The notes under the pieces are model-generated. The model made no database searches. It was given only the letters and a program-made list of their open reading frames with translations, and had not been told where the DNA came from. 64,000 nt of DNA from Chiloscyllium plagiosum (Eukaryota), in NCBI RefSeq assembly GCF_004010195.1, contig NC_057719.1, forward strand, positions 51,466,920 through 51,530,919, read 5' to 3'. Below are positions 1 to 12,556 of this stretch, in pieces. The stretch's first letter is position 1, and each line of letters opens with the position of its first letter. A program made the position numbers and the translations under genes.

Positions 1-322
1 TTTCTCCAGTTTCCTCATTTCCCCTCCTCCCACCTTGTCTCAGTCCCAACCCTCAAACTCAGCACCACCTTCCTAACCTGCAATCTTCTTCCTGACCTCT
101 CCGCCCCCACCACCACTCCGGCCTATCACCTTCACCTTAACCTCCTTCCACCTATCGCATTTCCAACGCCCCCCTCCCAAGTCCCTCCTCCCTACCTTTT
201 ATCTTAGCCTGCTTGGCACACTTTCCTCATTCCTGAAGAAGGGCTCATGCCCGAAATGTCGATTCTGCTGCTCCTTGGATGCTGCCTGACCTGCTGCGCT
301 TTTCCAGCAACACATTTTCAGC
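1..322 (+). mobile_element. Penelope-like element (PLE) 3' end, family A, with hammerhead core at 233-260
   Basis: Pyrimidine-rich 3' region, then CTGAAGAAGGGCTCATGCCCGAAATGTC and GATGCTGCCTGACCTGCTGCGCTTTTCCAGCAACACATTTTCAGC. The same end recurs at 6801-7025, 16872, 28880 and 51593. Confidence 0.8.
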
Positions 323-1629
323 ACTGTCCTAATGGATAATGTGAATAACCTTGGTCTTAATCATAATGCTATCATAAAATTGAGGCCTTGCATCCTGCTG
401 CTACCATTTTCAACAAATGGTGACACCACAGAGAGTGAAGACCATCATTACAATCCAGCCAAATAAAATGACATTTTAATTTAACTTTTGTATGTTTCCT
501 TTGAGTGCTCCTTAGCAACTGTCAACTCCAATTCTGGCTTAATTTGGTTATTTACTATTATTTAATAAATATATAGAACAGACACAACCACCAATAAGCT
601 GTTATATTTTTATTGCTACCACACTGTACTCAAGCAAACACAGTGTCCAGTTTGAAATTGGTCTTTTATATTAAATCATGTGAGCATTGTGACCAAATGA
701 TTTAATATATATATATAGATACAGCGTGGATTCTGAAAACAGGAATGAAATGAAGGAATAGTGTTGTCTAATGATCTGCAGTTTTAGCTAAGCTACAACT
801 TGCCAGCACTCCTGCACTCTCCTCTTAAGTGCCTCTTATTATAATTTGTTAATTCAGATGAAGGATCATCATTACTGAAGAGGTAAGAAATCTTGCAAAG
901 TTTCCATAGACTCACTCCAATGATGCACCACAAAACAATGAGAAACATGCCCACAGTTCAGTCTCATTTTCTTTTCTGCACGTGTACACAAAGATAAAAG
1001 GAAAGATTTTTTAAAAAGGAAATTCTTTAACGAGCACTTTAATGTGATCCCAAACAAGATTTGTTGTGAAACAATGGCTGGCAACTGAACATCATTGGAT
1101 TATTGTACTTGCAAAGTGATAGCTGAAAGCACTTCCATAAAATATTTTGTGTGATTTACCACCTAATTCTGCTTGTTTAGATTATTTTGCTGTTCCATTG
1201 ATGCTTTACTTTTTGCATAGGCAATTACTTGCTGAGTATCAACTGAGGTTTGTTGCATTTATTGCTTTTCTATGAATCATTTGTCTGTGTTATTTTGTTC
1301 ATTTAGACTTCAGGGGTTCAACAAATGCCCTGTTGGAGTGTGATGTTTTAATATTACCTTTGATTTCCCAATGTGACACAGTGTGTTTGCTGCATCAAAG
1401 TTCTCTTGGCAAATTGAAGCATTGTAAACAAGATAAATGGAATGATATTACATCTGATTACATTGGACAGTCAGTACAGACCAGGCAAATTTCATCCAAC
1501 CAGTCCATACTGGCATTTATACTTCAATCAAGCCACCTACCTCCTTTCTATATCAAATTATATCAGCAAAGACCCCTATTCCTTTTACTCTTTGTGTGCT
1601 GGTTTAACTGTCCTTTAAGTGTATCAATA

Positions 1630-1727
1630 CGGGGTAAATGTAGGGGTATAGGTGGGTTGCGCTTCGGTGGGTCAGTGTGGATTTGTTGGGCTGAAGGGCC
1701 TGTTTCCACACTGTAAGTAATCTAATT
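1630..1727 (+). mobile_element. HE1-like SINE 3' part (CR1-derived tail)
   Basis: TTGTTGGGCTGAAGGGCCTGTTTCCACACTGTAAGTAATCTAAT matches the tails of the SINEs at 29807 and 35027. Confidence 0.75.
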
Positions 1728-1844
1728 ATTTCATCCAATGATTCTTTCCAAATTCTATACTGTTACTCCTCTCGTGACAACATTTCTTCTGACTATGCTA
1801 TTTTATTTTAGAGTCCACACTAACTCTCCCAGGCCTCCTCCCTA

Positions 1845-2089
1845 ACCTATCCCTGTAACCTTGCACACTCCAAGGATAATCCACCTAATTTACACATTCA
1901 TGGATACTGTGCGCAATTTAGCATCGCCAATCCATCTAATCTTCACATTTTTGGATTGTGGGAGGAAACCCACGCAGACACAAGGAGAATGTGCAAACTC
2001 CACACAGACAGTTGTCTGAGGGTAGAATTAAACCTGGGTCCCTGGTGCTATGGTGCAGCAGTGTTAACCATTGAGCCACCATGACGCCC
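1845..2089 (-). mobile_element. tRNA-derived SINE (HE1/V-SINE-like)
   Basis: Minus strand reads GGGCGTCATGGTGGCTCAATGGTTAACACTGCTGC (A-box), then TGTGTGGAGTTTGCACATTCTCC. Homologous to 29807-30105. Confidence 0.8.
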
Positions 2090-2094
2090 AAAGG

Positions 2095-2210
2095 CGAGAC
2101 CCTTAGGAACATTGATATGCATAGGGATATTGGGGTGCAAGTCCATAGCTCCCTGAAAATGTCAACACAAGTGGTTCAGGTGGTCTAGAAGGTGAACAGC
2201 ATGCTTGGCT
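2095..2210 (+). mobile_element. CR1 LINE ORF2 fragment
   Basis: AGGGATATTGGGGTGCAAGTCCATAGCTCCCTGAAA ([16 protein letters not shown]) is similar to 49297-49330. Confidence 0.65.
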
Positions 2211-2950
2211 ACCGACTAAAATAATGTTTGGTAGAAGTTTTGCACTAAAATATATGTATGTTTAATATATATATATTTCAAGTTCCACTGAAAAGTGACA
2301 CTAAACCACTAATAATCAGAGAAGCAGAATTTTCTCACAGTGGTCCAGTTGATTATTTTTTCTGAGGTTAGAGTTAAGATACTTTGTTTGGAAGTTTGGA
2401 GTTGAAACACGCAGTACATGGATATTTATTTTACTTATAACAGTGGTTAAAATGTTAATTAGTACCTAAAATGGAATAATATTTCATCAGATGTACAAAC
2501 ATCCTGAAACAGGTGAGAACAAGTATTCAGTATTTTAAAAGAAAATGTTACGATATTGCTGTGGGAGGGTCATACAGGATGTGTGGTGTTGCAGTGCACA
2601 GCTGTAACCCCTGATATTCCACATGGGTGTTCGTGATCAATACTGTCATTATGGAAGAGTAACTGTGTGTGTAATGGGGTTGATGGCAATTCAAGCAGCT
2701 TTTGTCATGGCTGCAATAACTCTAGGCAAACATAATTGATAAAATCAAATGAAATCTAAATTAAAGAACATTTCTTTGAGATATTAATTCCATCTAAGTG
2801 ATAGATTCTGCTTGTGTCATGATGAAATAAAATAAGGACTATTGATTTGTTGAATTCCATCATTCACTTTCATAACAGGGTCTTTCACAAACTGAAATGT
2901 TTTAAAAAAATAACAATCACTGAGTTAGAATAGCCACAAACATCAGAAAT

Positions 2951-3127
2951 TTAAAAATCACACAACACCAGGTTATAGTCCAACAGGTTTAATTGGAAAC
3001 ACACTAGCTTTCGGAGTGACGCTCCGAAAGCTAGTGTGCTTCCAATTAAACCTGTTGGACTATAATCTGGTGTTGTGTGATTTTTAACTTTGTACACCCC
3101 AGTCCAACACTGGCATCTCCAAATCAT
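2951..3127. mobile_element. Palindromic PLE insertion (family C): inverted terminal repeat pair plus 40-nt tail, 12-bp TSD
   Basis: Arms 2951-3016 and 3022-3087 are near-perfect reverse complements. The unpaired tail is 3088-3127. AACATCAGAAAT is repeated at 2939-2950 and 3128-3139. Confidence 0.8.
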
Positions 3128-3685
3128 AACATCAGAAATGGTCAAGTTTCAGGAAACAAATGGATAATAGAGAGCAAGCTGAATTTAACATTTCATCCAA
3201 TATTTTAGCCAGCAAGCTCCCAGGAAGACACAAAACAGTCTTCATCTCCTATCTTAATTTACACCTTTGTTTGAATGTTTGAGATGGAACCTTGCCTACC
3301 AAAGCTGCAGAATACACAAAGAAACTGCTATTTCAGGAGCTGCTTTCAGCACAGCTAAATGAAACTAAAGCTGCAATGCTGGACACAGCTAGGGACTCTC
3401 TTTCTCTCTCTGTCTGTCAAGAAGCAAAGGTAGAAGTGGCAATATGGATTAAAAAGAAACATAACTAAATTGAGAAATCAAAGAATAACTGCTATTTGCT
3501 ACTGCTGATGACCAAGAAACCAACCAGTCTCAGTTTAAAAACCTTATGGCTCAAAGGCAACCTAAGGAATTCAAACTGCACATTCTTTACCATCCTTCAT
3601 ACTGGACCATTATACCCTTCTAACCTTGTTCCTGTATATGTTTGTCTGAAGACCGTGTAATTGCACAGAGATTGTATAGTGTTCT

Positions 3686-4162
3686 GAAACCTGAACGTGT
3701 TCAGAAAAGATTTGCAAGGATGTTGCCAGGGTTGGAGGTTTGAGCTATAGGGAGAGGCTGAATAGGCTGGGGCTATTTTCCCTGGAGCATCAGAGGCTGA
3801 AGGGTGACCTTACAGAGATTCATAAAATCATGAGGGGCATGGATAAGATAAATAGACAAGGTCTTTTCCCTAGGGTGGAGGAGTCCAGAACTAGAGGGTA
3901 TAGGTTTAGAGTGAGAAGTGAAAGATATAAAAGGGACCCAACAGCCAACTTTTTCACACAGAGGATAGTCCATGAGGAAGTGGTGGAGGCTGGGACAATT
4001 ACAGCATTAAAAGGCATCTGGATAGGTGTATGAATAGGAAGGGTTTAGAGGAATACGGGCCAAGTGCTGGCTAATAGAACGAGATTAGGTTAGAATATCA
4101 GATCGGCATGTGCGAGTTGGACCGAAGGGTCTGTTTCTGAGTTGTACATCTCCATGACTCTA
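3686..4162 (+). mobile_element. CR1 (HER1-like) LINE 3' end
   Basis: ORF2 C-terminus SYRERLNRLGLFSLEHQRLKGDL...NFFTQR, with a 3' UTR ending CTCCATGACTCTA. Confidence 0.9.
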
Positions 4163-4263
4163 GGACATCTTTATTATTTTCCCCGAGGTTAGCAGGTAGT
4201 AAAATAGCTCTTTATTGTTCCAATGAAAACAGTTGACGACATTTTTTATTAGAGAAAGGTATA

Positions 4264-4436
4264 CAGAGCAACCTGATTAGCCGGAGGACACGGGCGGGGA
4301 GTATTTTGTTCAGTTAATCGAATGCTGGATAATCGAATGCTGGATAACATAGTTTAGCCAACCATCGGAACCTTGTGATCTTGCTGGATAATCTGATATT
4401 CGCATAATTGAATGCCGGATAATCAAGGTTCCTCTG
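4264..4436. mobile_element. Tc1/mariner-superfamily (Tigger/pogo-like) MITE
   Basis: TA|CAGAGCAACCTGATTAGCCGG ... CCGGATAATCAAGGTTCCTCTG|TA: imperfect terminal inverted repeats with TA duplication and internal GGATAATC repeats. Confidence 0.75.
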
Positions 4437-6800
4437 TAGTCATGTGTTAAAAATATATAAACCTTTGTCACAACCATCCAAGAGAGTTGAAAAGAATAGA
4501 GCCAATTTATTTCTCCTCAGCAGGTCGTAACACCTTTTAAATCAGTTAATTACAGTATCAGCACTCACACAATTTACTTCAGCATGTATCATTGAAATAC
4601 GTTTCGGGGATGTTTACCTCCTTTTGCTTTTGATTATTGCATGATACTTGGCATAGGAAGAGAAAAAAAATTAGAGAAATTGAAAATGGATAAATAAAAT
4701 ATCAAATGGCAAGAAAAAAAGGCCTGTATCACATCTGTACAAAATCACTTCAGAGATGATATTACAAAACAAAGTCACCCTGTTTTTACAATGACCTAGT
4801 TTTCTGTCATTTAGTTGAAATAAAAATTGCAAGTTCACTTAAACCCTGAGGTCTCAAGATTTTAAAATAGCATAGAAACAATGTGCAGCAAAGTCTGCAA
4901 ATAGCCACACTGATTTCTCTTTTCTTTCCAAAATCCTTAAATATATTGTTGTCCTTCTAGTCTATATCCATCTTTCTGGCAACTCTTCATTTGAAATTTT
5001 ACAATTTTATAGCATATCTTTGTCTGCACTAATATAGCCCTAATCAAAGATATGAAAGATAATTCTGTAATTGTGACCATAGTACATTGTCTCTCGAGAT
5101 TCTCCTCAACCTCTTTCGAGCCAGAAATATGACTGAACATAAATTCTGCTTTTAATACTTCTCTGTTATCCAATTTGATGTAATTGTCTCCAGTTCATTC
5201 CAGTCTTAATTATTTGAGCATAGTTAGATTATCTCCAATTATCGAAATAACCTAACCTCAGCCCCTTATCGGCTAACTGATGCTTCTTTCTGAAATCCTT
5301 TTCCATGGCGATTTTCTCAGACTGTACTGGATTGTTCCTATCTAAACATCTACTTGTCATTGAGCCCATTTCCAACTTCATATATACTCCACCACAAGAC
5401 TGTCCAATTACAAGCCCCTTTCATTGTTCCTAACTGTAACTGCCATAGACATGATAAATCTCTCTTTTATCACCTCCAGATATGACCATTCCAGCGGTCA
5501 CCTTCAGGGATCTTATTCTCCCACTCTCCATTCCTCACTCATTAAAAACTTTAGCTTATTTAAAATTCTGCAACCTATACCACATTCTGCACTAAGTTTC
5601 AATTACTGGTTGTTCACGTTTTCACTAGATTGGCTTTTGGCCTTCTTAAGTTCAAAACGGTCACCTTATGTTTCAACTATTTCACGGCTTCAACCCTTTC
5701 TATCTGTGTGACTTCATCTAGGCCTATAAATATCATTCTGCCCTGAATAATTTCGTTCCTATGATTCCATCAATTTGCACAATACTACACTCTGTTCAGC
5801 AAGAAAATATAACAGATACAAGATTTAAAGGAATAAAGTATAAAATAGTGATTATTTAGAAATTTCTTCTGTCATAAAATCAATCATTCCAAACTTCTGT
5901 TCTTTACTCCTGATCATCACAGCTGGTACCATGACCTTTCTCAAAACCACTTCAAAAGCCAGCTGATCAACCAACTTAAGGCAAAGTTCTGAATTGTGAA
6001 TTCATGCCTGTTAGATCGAAAACCATGCTACTTGTAAAATTAAGATTGGTACAAACCTCCCAACCCACATTATTTTGATCATAGAAATTCTAAATGTTGT
6101 GAATCCATTGAATACTGAAATTTTAATTCTTAAAGCAAAGCTAAACATTTTTCATCATCATCTGAAAGAGAACCATTAAAACAAATTCTTTCACTAAGTT
6201 ACTGGAGCATGAAGGGCCCAATTTATATTAATTATATTCATTACAAGTTTTCCTCTGTATAGTTACCCTTACTATCCCAAATACTTAAATGGTTTTTGGT
6301 ATGCACATATGGTCTTTACCTACTAAAGAACATGCATTCATTATCTTACTACAATGTTATTTTCTGATGATAAAACTTAAATGGGACCATTGCTTGGGAT
6401 CCAAACTGTTTACAAGAGAACAGGGAAGATCTTGTTGCTATTTATAAATATCAGCAATAGTATAGTGAGATTTTGTATTAGAAAACAATGCAATAGTCAT
6501 TTACTCAGATATATCAAAGCAGCTTTGTACAACCATACCACTTGGAAGTCATCATTTTTCACTGATAAGTTCTGTTACATTTCTAATTGATTGGTCTGTT
6601 ACATAATGAGAATCAACAATCTGCCACTAGGTATTGAGCTTGTCATATAAAAGTTTGTTTTTGACGTTTTAGAACACTAAGTCAAATTATCATAGTTGTT
6701 TTTATAATCAATAATACTTAAGTGATTGCTACTGTGTAAGTTTGAAGTTAGAATAGCAATATCAGTCAAGCAACAGGATACAGGCCATCATATTGACTAC

Positions 6801-7025
6801 AGCAGAAAATGTGTTGCTGGAAAAGCTCAGCAGGTCAGGTAGTATCCAAGGAGCAGGAGAATCGACGTTTCGGGCATGAGCCCTTCTTCAGGAATGGCTC
6901 CTGAAGAAGGGCTCATGCCCGAAACGCGATTCTCCTGCTCCTTGGATGCTGCCTGACCTGCTGTGCTTTACCAGCAGCACATTTTCTGCTCTGATCTCCA
7001 GCATCTGCAGTCCTCACTTTCTCCT
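6801..7025. mobile_element. Palindromic PLE insertion (family A): inverted repeat pair plus 35-nt tail, 16-bp TSD
   Basis: Arms are 6801-6893 and 6899-6990, and the tail is 6991-7025. CCATCATATTGACTAC is exactly repeated at 6785-6800 and 7026-7041. Confidence 0.85.
6864..6891 (-). ncRNA. Minimal type I hammerhead ribozyme core (intact motif)
   Basis: CUGAAGA-A-GGGC-UCAU-GCCC-GAAAC-GUC: both conserved boxes, a 4-bp stem II, palindromic ACGU in place of stem III and a GUC cleavage triplet. Confidence 0.7.
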
Positions 7026-7179
7026 CCATCATATTGACTACCACTATATCAAATAGGACAGATTTTGAACAGTTCTAGCAAAACCAGGCACGATGAGGCA
7101 CTGAAGCCATTAGCAGCAGTGGAATTGAATTCTATCATAATCTGTAACCTTATGGTCTGGCACAACTCCACTCTGTTGT

Positions 7180-7435
7180 CAAGCTGGGGATCAACCCTGG
7201 CTCAATGAAGAGTACAATAAGCAGAGGGCATGCCAGGAGTAGCATGATGCATACCTAAAAATGCATCATTTAGCTAGAACTACTTGCATGTCAATCAATA
7301 GACAAGTTAAACAATCCCATAACCAACAGACCAGATTTAAGCTCTGATGTCCTACCACATCCAACCATGAATGATAGTGGACAATTAAACAACTAACAGG
7401 TGGTTGAGACTCTGCAAATATTCACTTCATCAATG
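7180..7435 (+). mobile_element. Old CR1-group LINE internal fragment (second family)
   Basis: GGGGATCAACCCTGGCTCAATGAAGAGT (DQPWxNEE) ... TGGACAATTAAACAACTAAC; probably the family seen at 24290 and 59176. Confidence 0.5.
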
Positions 7436-8625
7436 TTTTGGCTGTGCTAATTGACTGGGGGATCAGTTAGTTCTGAAGCACAAATCTTCATATGGACGGA
7501 TGTTTTTAGGACCTATAGACTTTCCATTTCAGTTCCTTCAGCCATGTTTAGATATTTTGTGAAGTGAATCAATTTTAATGTAAACAGGCATCTATCATGC
7601 TTGGAATGTCAGGAGTAGGTCAAAGGTAGAGATAAATGCTACAGCCTTCTCTTTGTGCTGCACTGAGTAGAGGCAAAGTGAGTGACTCAATGAATTAAGG
7701 CTAAGTATAATAGTTCCAATTCTACCAGACAAAATTTGTATTTTCAGGTCATTGTTTTGAAGGATAAAATCCCAACCTATAAGAATTAACACACAGATGT
7801 GAGCTCTAAAAAGATAGTACAAGGTGGAATTTTCCCCTCTATGATGCGATGTGAGTAATGGCAAGAAAGGTGGGAAAATTTTCCCCTCAAGCTTTAAATG
7901 GTGACTGCAAAACCTTACCATTGGGTGTTGACTAAAAGACTTCATGCATTTGCATCATATTAAAAGCCCAATCTGTTTTTCTTCTACATAATTTCTAATT
8001 CTCCTCTCCTTCCCTGAGAAACAAGCTGACACAAATTCTGGACATCTAAATCAGATGGGCATCTGGTGGCTGCAGCTTATCAAAGGCTTATCCCGGTGGT
8101 CGTCCATCTACCTCTTCACAACACCCTTGCATGCTCCAATGCCACCATCCTCGCAAGTGGGTGGACATTTGAAAAAACTGCAGCTAATTACCATATCAAT
8201 ATACCCACTCTCAGATCATTGTCGCATCATTTCAGCCCTTGAGCACTTTTCTTTGGAGCTCAGGGACTTAGATGAATTGCATGTTTCTGCCAAGTCACTT
8301 TATGTGTGGGACCAAATACACATCTCACCCATCTGCACAAGATATCCACATCCTTTGGCTCTTAGTTTGCATTCTGAGCGCTCACTCACTTTACACTTAC
8401 TTGAAGGCTGCTAGCCTCCATCTAATTTACATTGATTTCTTACTCAACATTAACTGACTTCAGCACTAAATTACAACCTCTGTGGGATTTGTATTGCTTT
8501 CTTAATGCACATTTTTTTATTGCTCAGTCAGCCTCTGTTGCTTGCACTGCTTTTTAATTCAGAGCAAGAAACTGGCAGCTTATCAGGGTAGGGAGCACTG
8601 AACAGTCAAAGGAAGTGCACACCAC

Positions 8626-8831
8626 AGAATCATAGAAGCCCTATAGTGTGGAAACAGGCCATTTGGCTTGACATGTCCACATCCACCCTTCGAAGAGTAA
8701 CCCACCCAGACCCATTCCCCTACTCCATTGCTTTACCTTTCCCCTGACTAATGCACTTAACAATACATCCCTGAACACCATGGTCAATTTAGCATGGCTA
8801 ATTCACCTAACCTACACATTTTTGTACTGTG
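8626..8831 (-). mobile_element. HE1-like SINE, 5'-truncated
   Basis: Homologous to 29807-29965. Confidence 0.75.
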
Positions 8832-8917
8832 CAAACAGTTGTAACATGCTATGTTAATGACAAACCTTCAGCATGTGCTTCAAGCAAATGACTATGTGTG
8901 AAACAGCAGATACAAAC

Positions 8918-9014
8918 TAAAACAAAAATTGCTGGAGAAACTCAGCAGGTCTAGCAGCATCTGTGAAGAGAAAACAGAATTAACATTTCAGGTTCAGTGA
9001 GCCTGCTTCAGAAC
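8918..9014 (-). mobile_element. PLE mini-fragment (family B) with decayed hammerhead core
   Basis: Minus strand reads GTTCTGAAGCAGGCTCACTGAACCTGAAATGTTAA...CAGATGCTGCTAGACCTGCTGAG; compare 51946 and 61853. Confidence 0.7.
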
Positions 9015-9399
9015 ATGCAGTACTTAGTCGGATGAAGGAAGACTATAGTCAGTCCTGATAATGCCCCAGTCAGTCATAAAGTTCTCATTTGATTGCAATT
9101 CAGGGTTTTGGCCATTGTCAGGAACACATTAGATCCTGTTAGAATCTTGGAATTGGGCTCTGTCCAACCGGTGGGACAGATACAATCAATCTGAGGATTA
9201 CAGGGAGGTCATTTAGGGTATTGTAGAGTCTAGGATTGGAGTGGTCGTGGGGTAGGGGGCATTTTTTCATGAAATGAGTCAAAAGGAGGGATTTGCCAAT
9301 GCATTGATAGTAGATGTGGACTAAACAACCATTAGTGGTGGTGCAGGAGCAGGACAAGTGTGTAACTGTCCAGGGTAAGTAACTAGGAAGCACGCAGGG

Positions 9400-9950
9400 C
9401 AGGTATATGGATGAGGTGGTTCAGAGGATGAGGTGGATAAGATCTGTTGAGTGAATGTGATGCACACTATAGTGAGAGGTGTATTCCATGAGCTTTGGTC
9501 AGAAGCAAGTGAAATTGCCGAGATATAGAATGATGGATCTTTGAGTGTGAGGCAACAGAGAGAAAATGGTGACACTTATCTTTCAGAGCATGGAAAATCA
9601 TTGACCTAATGTCCTGCTCTCCTGAGCATTCTGCTTCACCTGGGACACAGCACTGATATGGGTTTAAATCTATGTCGAGTCTACCTTGATCTGGTGGCAG
9701 GGCCTCCTGAGGTGTCTGCAAAGGATGGCGCTCCTCTCAATATCTGTTCCAACAGCACCTCTGGTCCCCGCTTTGAGTGAGCTTTCCTTTCCGCTGGTCC
9801 ATGTAGGCCAGTTCCAGATTTGTAGCATCTGAAGTGGTGTACAACTGGGCTTTAAATATGGTGCTGTAATGTGAATGCAGGAGGTTCTTGCAGTGGCGAG
9901 CCCATCTGCCTCCCTGGTCATGGAATTCCCCAAGTAAGGCACCCAAGAAT
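9400..9950 (-). mobile_element. Probable PIF/Harbinger remnant (Myb/SANT-like gene)
   Basis: Frameshifted translation ...RRPCHQIK...ISAVSQVKQN...VNDF resembles the Harbinger Myb/SANT protein; heavily decayed. Confidence 0.35.
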
Positions 9951-10933
9951 CTGGTTATGTAATTAATGAGACGGAGAGAGGAAGATGTCATGAAAAATGT
10001 CACTCTGAGCCATGGTAGACAATAAATTTCACTCAGCAAAACACTTTAACTGAACATTGGGAATATTTCAAGTGTTAATTAGAAGAAATTCCTTTATTAA
10101 AATTGCCTTCATCATAGAAAATTTCCACTCAGTATTTTAATTTCAAAAGCATACATTTTCTCATTTTAACTATTTCATACATGAAAATGCAGCTTACTCA
10201 GCACCCTGAGGTAAATTACAAATAAATGGCATAATAATCTTGGAGATTGTGCACAAACCTAATGTTAATATGCACCATTTCTTTCTGATCCATGGGCAGA
10301 AAATAAAAATAATACATATCATAAATAACTGGAGACAAACAATTCAAAGCATCACTAAGAATCATTGAGCATCAACAACATATAGGACCCATTTGTGCTC
10401 CCACTCTAGTGTCTGTACCTCCATTGGGCTCATTGAAATTAAAACATCTTAAATGTGAAGTCTTGAATTCTGAGCTGCTGCTTTCAGCTACATTTTATGC
10501 CTTACAGGCAATAACATATATCTCTTTGTCCCAGTCAGTTCGATTGTGCGGGGAGCTCCTCATGCTATAACAAGTGGGATGCTTTTGGCACCTAACTTAT
10601 CTGACCTGGAGGAGGTTGTCATGGGTGCATTGATTAATGTGTACTCAATCATGCAAATCCTATCTCCCTGAAGTAGACAGTTTTTTTGATGAAGAAGATT
10701 CTATAAAGTGTCACAATGTTACATGACTCCTGTTTCTGTGAAGAGAAAACACTTGCAGCTGTGAAAGTTAATGCACTTTTCCAAGATAAAAATTCAACAT
10801 TAAGGGCTGAAGGTAATATGCAGACACTCCAAGAAGACACTTGAGAGTGGATGGGCAAATAGACAGTGATGCTGTATCAGTAAAATGCAGAACGGGGAAG
10901 AGCTTGTTATTGGCAGTGGGACTATGAACATGC

Positions 10934-11174
10934 AGAGTCATAGAATCATAGAGGTGTACAGCACGGAAACAGATCCTTTGGTCCAAATCATCCATGCTGA
11001 CCAGATTTCGCAATCTAATTTAGTCCCACTTGCTTGCATTTGTCCCATGTCCCTCAAAATCCTTCTTCTTCATGTATCCATACAGTTGCCTTTTAAATGT
11101 TGTAATTGTACCAACTTCCACCACCTCCTCTGGCAACTCATTCCATATACACACCACCCTCTGTGTGAAAAAGT
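10934..11174 (-). mobile_element. CR1 LINE 3' end
   Basis: Reverse complement of the CR1 3' region seen at 49770-50000. Confidence 0.85.
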
Positions 11175-12095
11175 AAACCAGGACCAACTCAATTGTGTAA
11201 ATCTAATGGCACATGATTGCATTCACTGCCTTATATGTGCCCTGTCCTTGCTACTTGATTTGCTAACCCAATGTCAGCCAAAGGATTCAGTTCTCTCCAA
11301 TGAATGTAACCTTTCGGGCTTTTTGCTTAGCTAAGTATAGTATGGGGCTGTTATTATCAATCAGCAGCTAATTCTTTCATCAATTAAATGCTGTTAATGA
11401 AAAGAAAACACCATGCAGTGCAACACAGATGCAATTTATGTCACTTTAGATAGCTTAACACTTCTCACACTAATTTTAGGAGCAAAGAAAACACTAAGCA
11501 GCAAAGGAACTCTTAGGTGCCCATTAAATGCCTTAATAATGTCAACAGTTTACATGACAAAATAAAGTCTGTGGTTGTTGAAACAGTTGTGGATAGCAGA
11601 AGTACAAAGACCATGATGATTGATCTGCGCACAGGAATAGCAGCTGTGATAGTGACTTACTGCACATATTATAGATCCATACTTGATACTTGTGGATGAA
11701 GTGTCAGCAACAAATGTTTAGGTTAGAAGGATATACAGTGACCAAAGCCTTCAAATTCTATGTGGAAAGCGGTAACATTTGACTGATATCTCCTTCATGA
11801 ACGCACTCAAAATCAGGCCAGTTATCAATGACGAATGATGGAAAAATGATGTGTTGAGATCATCTGCTTTGTAGAAAACTCTGGACTCAAACTCTAATTT
11901 CTAGTCTATGGAGAAATCAAAACTCCATCTGCAGCAATAGTGTTTAGTTAGTTTCCTCACGGTTCACTCCTATAGTAATGGCATTACCCAAAAATACAAC
12001 AGGAAGTTAGGATTCCAGGCAAGTAGAGATGCATAAACTGTAGCAACAAATCTCATTTAGCCCACTCAGCTCTGAAACTGTGAGATTTACTAATC

Positions 12096-12189
12096 AGATT
12101 CTGGATTAGTGGGTGCAGGAAAAGCACAGCAGTTCAGACAGCATCCAAGGAGCAGTAAAATCGACGTTTCGGGCAAAAGCCCTTCACCT
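12096..12189 (-). mobile_element. PLE mini-fragment, truncated inside the hammerhead core
   Basis: Minus strand reads TGAAGGGCTTTTGCCCGAAACGTCGA. Imperfect flanking repeat AGATTTACTAATC (12083-12095) / AGACTTACTTATC (12190-12202). Confidence 0.7.
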
Positions 12190-12556
12190 AGACTTACTTA
12201 TCGGCTAATTGCAATTTTTCTTAGCACCATATTCTACCTCCTTTATATTCTGAAATATGAAGGACAAGGGAAACAAGACTTATAGCCAGTTAAGAAACAT
12301 TTAGTTATCACTATTCTTCAAAACCCTGTGGTATTTAACTTCCCATATGAGTTCATACTCAGAAAAACTCTTAATGCCTATAGTAAAAATGGTAAAAACA
12401 ATGGCATTTTAATGCATGTTCAAAAAATTAGCAATGTTCCTCAAGCTGATTTCTTTGGGTGCATTGTCATCACTAAAAGGAAAACTATTGCAACAGACAC
12501 AGCAAACTTTTAGGTGGAAAGTTTAAAAAAAGTTGAAGAACTAAAATTGCCTGTAG

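Noticed and set aside
2951..3087. Host pre-miRNA or TIR-type MITE
   Set aside because: The one-sided tail, 12-bp TSD and partial hammerhead fit a Penelope inverted terminus better.
3150..4530. Solo LTR hosting the CR1 and MITE (similar impression at ~14760-15230 and ~18830-20750)
   Set aside because: An LTR-like ending (GTCGTAACA) is visible, but I could not define a 5' end, TSD or second copy.
4930..5750. Very old LINE remnant
   Set aside because: Composition is suggestive, but no motif could be read with confidence.
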